Source of the DNA: Candidatus Thorarchaeota archaeon
GTDB lineage: Archaea > Asgardarchaeota > Thorarchaeia > Thorarchaeales > Thorarchaeaceae
Direction of reading: 5' to 3'
Length of the DNA stretch: 64,000 bases
Assembly: GCA_048882325.1 (NCBI GenBank)
Contig: JBHLRS010000005.1
Location: 1-64,000, forward strand
A program made the translations under genes and the position numbers. This document shows positions 57,473-64,000 of the stretch, in pieces; the stretch's first letter is position 1; every line of letters begins with the position of its first letter. The notes below the pieces were generated by a model, which made no database searches, was not told the origin of the DNA, and worked only from the letters and a program-made list of their open reading frames with translations.

Positions 57473-60160
57473 CTAGGATTCAGTTGCATTTACTTCCTTG
57501 TATTGCTCAGGATTGGCTTCGAAGTTATCTTTGCAGTTTGGATTACAGAAGTAATACCGTTTGCCTTCATAGTCACTATAGAGGTCAGCAGTAGCGATGT
57601 CGACTTCCATTTTGCAGATAGGATCGACTGCAACAGCTCCTTCCTGATAAGCAGCAGGTGGGACTCCACTCAAGGGTGCAGTTGTCTGTTCAGGTGTAAA
57701 TCGGTTCAAAGTCAATGCATTGGTAACTACACTTACACTTGATAACGCCATGGCAAGGCCAGCGAACTCAGGACGCAGTATTAGACCGATTGATGGAAAT
57801 AGAATTCCTGCCGCAATTGGTAGAAGCGCAATGTTGTAGATTAGCGCCCAGAAGAATCCTTGTCGAATCTTTGACATTGTCCGACTGCCTAACTGGATTC
57901 CTGTAACCACATCAAGGAGGTCATCTTTGACCAGGACAATGTCACCAGTTTCAACTGAAACGTCTGTTCCTGACCCTAGCGCAATTCCAACATCTGCCTG
58001 AGCCAATGCAACAGCATCATTTACGCCATCTCCGGCCATGGCAACAGTCTTTCCTCGACTCTGCAATTCCTTGATTTTCTCAGCTTTATCAGCTGGTAGA
58101 ACTTCACCGAGAACATTATTAATTCCGACAACATCTGCTATTGCATGCGCTGTTTCTTCCTTGTCACCTGTTATCATCCAGACTTCTATGCCCATCTTCT
58201 GTAAGCTTTGAACAGCTTGGACAGAGGTCTCCTTCAGCTTGTCTGCAATTGCTATGAGTGCAAGGGGATTTCCATTGATAGCTGCAAAGACCGTTGTCTT
58301 TCCTTTCTCCTGCAACATTGTACCCTGTGCTTCTGCATTTGAGATATCAATTGAATTCTCACTCATGAATTTGTCATTACCAACAAGAATCTGATGACCT
58401 TCAACAATCGCTTTTACTCCTTTTCCAGTTACAGACTCAAAATCGGTGCTGGATGGAATATCAATGTCAAGATTCTCGGTATATTGAACAATTGCCTCGG
58501 CTAAGGGATGCTCACTGTTCTTTTCAACAGAGGAGATAAGACGCAAAGCTTCTCCGTCACTGAAATCGCCATACATGATCATATCAGTAACCGTCGGCTT
58601 GCCAATTGTGAGGGTTCCAGTCTTGTCGAATACAATTGCATCAACTGTGGGGATAACTTCCAGACCTTCTCCTGCCTTTATCAGGATCCCGTGCTGTGCT
58701 CCTTTTCCGATGCCGACCATGATTGCGGTGGGGGTTGCTAAGCCCAGTGCACAGGGACACGCGGCGACCAGCACTGCAATACTAAAGGTCAAAGACTGAG
58801 TGAATTCAACCGGTAATCCTGTGATTGGTGAAACAATACCCAAAGCAGGGGAAACCCAGAACCAAAATATGTAGGTCGAGAGGGCCAAAATAATGACCAC
58901 AGGTGTGAATCTATTTGCAATCGCATCAGCCTTGCGCTGAATCGGAGGCTTGTTTGTTTGGGCTTCCTCAACAAGTTTGACAATCTGTGACAATACGGTA
59001 TCCTTGCCGACCTTTGTAGCTCTTATCTTGAGTACTCCGTTCTTATTGATTGTAGCACCCACTACGTTGTCGCCTACCTTTTTCTTGACTGGAAGTGGTT
59101 CCCCAGTAATCATCGATTCGTCGACGCTTGATTGGCCTTCTATGACTTCACCGTCCACAGGGACTTTGTCTCCAGGTTTGATGAGCACAATGTCTTCAAC
59201 TTCAACATCCTCTATTGGCAGAAGCAGTTCTTCTCCATCTCGTACGACAGTTGCTACTTTTGCTTGCAGGTCCATCAGACTACGCATTGCTTTGGAGGTC
59301 CGCCCTTTTGCGACTGCTTCAAGCGTCCTTCCAAGAAGAATGAAGCTTAGAAGAAGTACAGCTGAATCGTAGAATGGGGTGTATATACTCCATTCGGGCA
59401 AAAATGTTGCTGCTACAGAATACAAGTATGCAGCGCTTGTCCCCAGGATAATTAAAGTGTCCATGTTTGTTGTAAAGTGACGAGCTGCTTTTAGAGCAGA
59501 CTTATAGAATGGGTATCCTGCAATAAACTGCACAGGTGTTGCAAGAATGAACATAATGTATTTCCGTACTTCCTCAGATGGCACTAAGGTCGAAAACACA
59601 CCAAAGTGGATCAGTACAACAGGGATTGTCAACAAGACTGAAAACGCTAAAAGTCGAGAATAATATCGAATTTCATTCTCTCTGGCGAGAGATTCTCGAT
59701 CGGCATCAATACCCTCTGCTTCTGAGATTGTTACTCCAATGCTCTGAAGCGACTTCTTCACAATCTTATATGTGATCACGTCATCATCATATTCTATCAA
59801 TACGCGGTTCGATTCTTCAATTGAGTGAACAGATATGACCCCATCAATAGATTCCAAAGTCTTCAGGATTCTGTTCCAATCCAAAGGTGATTCGGATTCA
59901 TCTAGAGTGATTGACATGGATGGTCGTCGTGCACGGTATCCCGTATCCTCGATAGCCTTCTCTAGTGTAAATCTATTCACAGAATCAGGTTCGTATTCAA
60001 CTACAGCTTTTTCATCTAGGAGACTGACATTAGCCTTAATTACGCCATCTTGACCGACTAAGGCACCTTCTATCTTTGCCACACAAGATGCGCAATGCAT
60101 CCCTTCAATACGCAGTGACATTCTGGATGCGGTAACCCTTTGTTCAGATTTCTGACTCAT
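57473..60160 (-). CDS. copA: Cu(I)-translocating P1B-1 ATPase with N-terminal HMA and C-terminal YHS domains
   Basis: GMHCASC, TGE, CPC, DKTGT, SEHPL, GDGVND, YN and MALSSVSV; C-terminal DPICKM...YYFCNPNC. Confidence 0.95.
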   Translation of the reverse strand: MSQKSEQRVTASRMSLRIEGMHCASCVAKIEGALVGQDGVIKANVSLLDEKAVVEYEPDSVNRFTLEKAIEDTGYRARRPSMSITLDESESPLDWNRILKTLESIDGVISVHSIEESNRVLIEYDDDVITYKIVKKSLQSIGVTISEAEGIDADRESLARENEIRYYSRLLAFSVLLTIPVVLIHFGVFSTLVPSEEVRKYIMFILATPVQFIAGYPFYKSALKAARHFTTNMDTLIILGTSAAYLYSVAATFLPEWSIYTPFYDSAVLLLSFILLGRTLEAVAKGRTSKAMRSLMDLQAKVATVVRDGEELLLPIEDVEVEDIVLIKPGDKVPVDGEVIEGQSSVDESMITGEPLPVKKKVGDNVVGATINKNGVLKIRATKVGKDTVLSQIVKLVEEAQTNKPPIQRKADAIANRFTPVVIILALSTYIFWFWVSPALGIVSPITGLPVEFTQSLTFSIAVLVAACPCALGLATPTAIMVGIGKGAQHGILIKAGEGLEVIPTVDAIVFDKTGTLTIGKPTVTDMIMYGDFSDGEALRLISSVEKNSEHPLAEAIVQYTENLDIDIPSSTDFESVTGKGVKAIVEGHQILVGNDKFMSENSIDISNAEAQGTMLQEKGKTTVFAAINGNPLALIAIADKLKETSVQAVQSLQKMGIEVWMITGDKEETAHAIADVVGINNVLGEVLPADKAEKIKELQSRGKTVAMAGDGVNDAVALAQADVGIALGSGTDVSVETGDIVLVKDDLLDVVTGIQLGSRTMSKIRQGFFWALIYNIALLPIAAGILFPSIGLILRPEFAGLAMALSSVSVVTNALTLNRFTPEQTTAPLSGVPPAAYQEGAVAVDPICKMEVDIATADLYSDYEGKRYYFCNPNCKDNFEANPEQYKEVNATES

Positions 60161-60202
60161 CTCTTTTCACCGTTTTTGAAATTCGAAATAATGTTTTTTA
60201 CG

Positions 60203-60222
60203 ATATATCGTACTCGATATAT
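60203..60222. promoter_or_regulatory. Palindromic operator upstream of copA
   Basis: ATATATCG-TACT-CGATATAT; related copies at 60942, 61158 and 61201. Confidence 0.75.
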
Positions 60223-60267
60223 AAGATTTGTGATTGGACCGGCTTCAATCGGAAACCATATTGTCAA

Positions 60268-60738
60268 CTATAAACTCTGTTTGAACGCTTTAGCACAATG
60301 AACACAACAAAAAGTCATGGTTGTACCATTGACTTCCTCATGGTGCGCACCTTCGAAAACCCTAGCTCCACAACTTGCACATGCCGTAAGACTGGATCCG
60401 AGAGCAGATACTGTGATCGCAGCAAAACGTTTGAATAACTGGTCACTAAATCGCTTTCCCTTCCTCGTCATTGAGTACACGATCCTGCGTTTCTTCCCTA
60501 TGTCTTCCTGCTTCTGGGTGACTAGCTTCTTTTCTTCGAGTTCCTGCAAAAATGGATAGAGTGTTCCTGGACTTAATTTTTTCCCAGTTCGGTTTTCATA
60601 TCTTTTCATAAGACCATAACCATGCAATGGTTTTTCGTTCAACATCAATAAGATATAGAAATGCGAGAAATCAGCCAGTATTTCTTGTATGTCAGGATTG
60701 GGTGTTTTCATGTCTTGAATTGCATTTTCCTTTGTCAT
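60268..60738 (-). CDS. PadR-family regulator with C-terminal TRASH metal-binding domain (CopR/CopT-like role)
   Basis: HGYGLM...SPGTLYPFL...YSMTRKG; CASCG...FCCVHC; start uncertain. Confidence 0.85.
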   Translation of the reverse strand: MTKENAIQDMKTPNPDIQEILADFSHFYILLMLNEKPLHGYGLMKRYENRTGKKLSPGTLYPFLQELEEKKLVTQKQEDIGKKRRIVYSMTRKGKRFSDQLFKRFAAITVSALGSSLTACASCGARVFEGAHHEEVNGTTMTFCCVHCAKAFKQSL

Positions 60739-60934
60739 TTTTCGTGTCATCCCAATATAGCTCGAATGTTGTGAGTCACACAAATAAGGAATCGAGGAGT
60801 TTCCAGGTGTGACATATAGCCCATTCCGCGAAGCAGTTTCCTATAATAGTTGCTTGTTGACTAGATTCTTCCCAATCACTCTGAGAAATGGACTACACTA
60901 AAAGAGATTTAGATTGTATCAATATAAATGTATC

Positions 60935-61120
60935 TTATGGGATATATCCATAGGGATAATTGATACGATACTCTTCGGAACCCAAGAGATTCATGGCATC
61001 TATAAGACGCTCCCTATCGATACTATCGACCTCGATTTCAACAACAACCTTGACGTTTTGAAGACTTACTTCAGCGCCTTTTATTCATTCCTAATAAAGA
61101 TGGGCATTCTTAATTCTGTC
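60935..61120 (-). pseudogene. Decayed HMA-domain (copZ-like) remnant
   Basis: DRIKNAHLY*E*IKGAEVSLQNVKVVVEIEVDSIDRERLIDAM aligns to CopA HMA ([42 protein letters not shown]). Confidence 0.55.
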
Positions 61121-61157
61121 AGATTAGTCAATATAGAGCAGCAGACAGAAGGTTTAT

Positions 61158-61220
61158 ATATATCGAGTAGGATATATCTGATTAGATATTATTGTTTTCG
61201 ATATATCTCAATAGAAATAT
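61158..61220. promoter_or_regulatory. Two copper-locus operator copies upstream of the YHS-lon genes
   Basis: ATATATCGAGTAGGATATAT (61158-61177) and ATATATCTCAATAGAAATAT (61201-61220). Confidence 0.7.
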
Positions 61221-61239
61221 ATAGACAGAGGCAAAGGAA

Positions 61240-61395
61240 ATGGCTAGAGATCCAATATGTGGAATGATAGTAGATGAGAACACAACCAAGCTAAAGTCGG
61301 TTCACAAAGGAGAAACTTACTACTTTTGTATGATGAGATGCAAGAAAGCCTTTGACAGTGATCCAGATCGCTTTGCCATCGAATCGACACATTAA
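61240..61395 (+). CDS. YHS/TRASH-domain small metallochaperone (51 aa; absent from the ORF track)
   Basis: MARDPICGMIVDENTTKLKSVHKGETYYFCMMRCKKAFDSDPDRFAIESTH. Confidence 0.9.
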   Translation: MARDPICGMIVDENTTKLKSVHKGETYYFCMMRCKKAFDSDPDRFAIESTH

Positions 61396-61416
61396 TGATA
61401 AAACAGGTGCGTATCT

Positions 61417-63870
61417 ATGAAGAAACTGACATCAGGAGAAATCCGGGTTCGTTGTGATGATAGGGAGTTTGCATGCAGAACTAGTGCGGAGCTTTTCCCC
61501 CTAGATAATATCGTTGGGCAGAAGCGTGCTCTTGAATCGTTGCGATTCGGACTAATGATAAAGGACAAAGGATTCAATGTCTACGTTGCTGGTATTCCAG
61601 GAACTGGTCGTACAACTGCAGTTTCAAAATTCCTTCAAAATCTTGCAACAAAAGAATCTAACGCATCAGATTGGTGTTATGTAACCAATTTCGAGGACCA
61701 GTATCACCCACGAGCTCTTGAGCTGCCATCAAGCAGAGGGTTGCAATTAGAGCAGCAAATGGAGAGTTTCATTGAACTTGCTCAAATAACGCTTTCTGAG
61801 ATGCTAGAAAGTGAGGAATATATCATACAGCGAGATGAGCTTTTGAGGATTTTCAAAGACAAACAGCAGGAAATAAGCAATCAAATGGAAGATGAAGCCA
61901 AAAGACACGGGTTTGTATTGCAAGGTTCTAAGACTCGATTACTCCTGCTACCACTAATCAATGGTGAGCCTCTCAATCCTGAAACAGACACTCACCTGCC
62001 CAAGGAAATCCGGGACAAAATCGCAGAAAATCGCAAAGTTGTGGAAAAGCAAATGGGAGTGTTTTTCCGTCAATTACGTCTTATTGAACGTGAACTTCGT
62101 GCTGCTCTTCAGAATAAAGAACGTGATGCTGTGCTTTATGCCCTCTCTCCACTTATTGATGACCTTAAGGAGAAGTTCAGGGATTTGCCAAAGGTTACGC
62201 AATGGTTTCAGGACGTTGCGGAGGATATCACCGAACATCTTCAAGAATTCATCGGACTCTCAGAAATTGATTCATCAGATGAGCTGAATTTATCGCAAAC
62301 GGGATCAATTCTACAGGAAGAATTCACTCATAGATATAAAGTAAATCTGTTTGTTGATAATTTGGGAGCGGATGGCGCTCCTGTTGTTATCCTTGCAAAT
62401 CCTTCTTATAACAATCTATTTGGCATTATTGAGAAAGAACCACGATATGGCGGACTTAGAACAGATTTTTCTATGATTCGCCCAGGGGCCCTTCACAAGG
62501 CAAATGGTGGATATCTAGTGGTTCCTGCAATGGAACTTCTAACTTCTCCACATGTATATCAATCTTTGAAGAGAGCACTTGAACATGGCGAGATAGTCAT
62601 CGAGGAACCTCAGGAATCAGTCAGCTTCTTTACTGTGAAGAGTTTACGTCCTGAACCAATCCCATTGGACCTCCAAGTAATTCTAATTGGTGAGGAAGAG
62701 ATTTACCGAGAGCTATACAATAAGGATCCCGAATTTCGTCAACTTTTCAAGGTAAAGGCAGAATTTGATATTTCGATGGATCGCACACCTGAAAACATCC
62801 ATGTATTCGGCTCGTTCATTTGTATGATTCATACAAAGGAAGGTCTGAGACCTTTGAAAGCGGAAGCTATAGCAGAAGTAATCGATTATAGCTCTCGTCT
62901 AGCAGAAAGTCAAAATAAACTCTCTATAAGATTCGACATAATAACTGACATCATACGCGAAGCAAACTTCTATGCGAGCGAAGAGAAAAGTGTCACGATA
63001 GAAAGAGATCATATCAAAAAAGCCATCCGTCAAAGAATATACCGATTGAATCTTTACTCTGAGAAGGTTCGTGAGCTTATTAAGAAGAATATAATTTTTA
63101 TCGATCTTGATGGGGAAACTGTAGGACAAGTAAATGGACTTTCGGTAGTCTCTCTTGCAGGTCATGCTTTTGGACAAACATCTCGAGTTACAGCTAGTAT
63201 ATCACCTGGACACCAAGTTGTAATAGATATTGAACGTGAATCCAATCTTGGTGGTCCGATTCATACAAAAGGAGTACTCATACTTGGGGGATATCTAGCT
63301 AATCGATATGGAAGAGAAAAACCGCTTAGTCTTTCAGCGCGGGTTGTTTTTGAGCAGAGTTATGGAGGTGTTGAGGGAGATAGTGCAAGTAGCACGGAAC
63401 TGTATGCGATTTTATCTGCTCTTTCAGGTATACCCATTCAACAGAGATTTGCTGTAACTGGCTCTGTCGATCAACATGGAAGAATACAAGCTGTGGGAGG
63501 AATTAATGAAAAGATTGAAGGATTTTACGAACTTTGCAAAGCAAAAGGTTTGACAGGACATCAAGGAGTCTTGATACCGAAAGCCAATATTCAGAATTTA
63601 ATGGTATCAGATGAAGTAGTCGAAGCTGTCAGAGCAGATTCATTCCATATTTATGCAATAGAAAATGTGGACGAAGGCATTGAATTGCTGACGGGTGTAC
63701 CAGCAGGTAGAATTCAAGAGAATGGCAATTATTTGCCAGGATCAATTAATGCAGTGGTGGATGAGTTTCTAGTTCGAATGGCTAGAATTATGGAAAAGTA
63801 TTATTCAACTGAAAATCACAACAAACAAGAAATCTCTACAATACCCCAAGTGACGTCCTCTGGAGTGTGA
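61417..63870 (+). CDS. Lon-family S16 protease, LonC-like (degenerate AAA+)
   Basis: GQKRA, Walker A GIPGTGRT (K to R), PGALHKANGG, catalytic GDSAS and GGINEK. Confidence 0.9.
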   Translation: MKKLTSGEIRVRCDDREFACRTSAELFPLDNIVGQKRALESLRFGLMIKDKGFNVYVAGIPGTGRTTAVSKFLQNLATKESNASDWCYVTNFEDQYHPRALELPSSRGLQLEQQMESFIELAQITLSEMLESEEYIIQRDELLRIFKDKQQEISNQMEDEAKRHGFVLQGSKTRLLLLPLINGEPLNPETDTHLPKEIRDKIAENRKVVEKQMGVFFRQLRLIERELRAALQNKERDAVLYALSPLIDDLKEKFRDLPKVTQWFQDVAEDITEHLQEFIGLSEIDSSDELNLSQTGSILQEEFTHRYKVNLFVDNLGADGAPVVILANPSYNNLFGIIEKEPRYGGLRTDFSMIRPGALHKANGGYLVVPAMELLTSPHVYQSLKRALEHGEIVIEEPQESVSFFTVKSLRPEPIPLDLQVILIGEEEIYRELYNKDPEFRQLFKVKAEFDISMDRTPENIHVFGSFICMIHTKEGLRPLKAEAIAEVIDYSSRLAESQNKLSIRFDIITDIIREANFYASEEKSVTIERDHIKKAIRQRIYRLNLYSEKVRELIKKNIIFIDLDGETVGQVNGLSVVSLAGHAFGQTSRVTASISPGHQVVIDIERESNLGGPIHTKGVLILGGYLANRYGREKPLSLSARVVFEQSYGGVEGDSASSTELYAILSALSGIPIQQRFAVTGSVDQHGRIQAVGGINEKIEGFYELCKAKGLTGHQGVLIPKANIQNLMVSDEVVEAVRADSFHIYAIENVDEGIELLTGVPAGRIQENGNYLPGSINAVVDEFLVRMARIMEKYYSTENHNKQEISTIPQVTSSGV

Positions 63871-63875
63871 TTAGT

Positions 63876-64000
63876 ATGACCAAGCAAAATTACATAAAGA
63901 ATCTGGAGGGATTGACCAAATCTATTTCCTTAAGAACAATAATAGCCCCATTAGAACCTCAGGTAGTAAAGTCAGAAATAGTACAAACTAAGCAATTCAT
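63876..64000 (+). CDS. Possible 5' end of a CDS running off the window
   Basis: ATG after GGAG, 5 nt past the lon stop; frame open to the window end (MTKQNYIKNLEGL...). Confidence 0.35.
   Translation, partial: MTKQNYIKNLEGLTKSISLRTIIAPLEPQVVKSEIVQTKQF

Noticed and set aside
57214-57742. Track ORFs 57214..57489 (-) and 57326..57742 (+)
   Set aside because: Shadow frames of the copA end and the cryptic YHS domain
60914-61267. 117-aa plus-strand ORF
   Set aside because: Runs through AT-rich operators, is antisense to the HMA remnant and overlaps the real YHS start; no recognisable motifs
242-63177. Numerous 60-180-aa ORFs antisense to or nested in long genes
   Set aside because: Shadow ORFs of well-supported CDSs with no independent motifs
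1-64000. Genome-wide stop-codon reassignment (pyrrolysine, selenocysteine or alternative code)
   Set aside because: Many genes end at their natural family length on TAG (e.g. enoyl-CoA hydratase, S9 peptidase), TAA and TGA. The three interrupted domains involve different stop codons, and no SECIS-like element or catalytic in-frame TGA was found

Overview
Gene-dense archaeal chromosomal segment, most consistent with an Asgard archaeon (Thorarchaeia-like). This placement is inferred from two Rab-like small GTPases, WD40 and Kelch propellers, GGTG-type RBSs and TATA promoters. No rRNA, tRNA, CRISPR array or transposase was found. Main modules: tandem flavoprotein disulfide reductases plus DsrE; a PadR/BtrH-like pair divergent from a molybdopterin oxidoreductase that carries a two-cluster ferredoxin inside its domain IV; a zinc-ribbon membrane protein cluster; an acyl-CoA/SCP2 lipid catabolism operon; a Kelch/TSP3 cell-surface cluster with a membrane-tethered ArsR-like regulator; a minimal ATP-dependent ligase with a KYNG motif, Zn-ribbon insert and PIP-like tail; and a copper locus (copA, PadR-TRASH regulator, YHS protein, LonC-type protease). 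Features missing from the ORF track, found by reading the sequence: a 51-aa YHS gene, a second YHS domain in frame past the copA stop, a decayed HMA (copZ-like) gene, a zinc ribbon in frame past a TAA stop, an orphan ~100-nt promoter-hairpin-T-tract unit (candidate sRNA), and several families of repeated operator/promoter motifs. All calls rest on manual motif reading, with no database searches.
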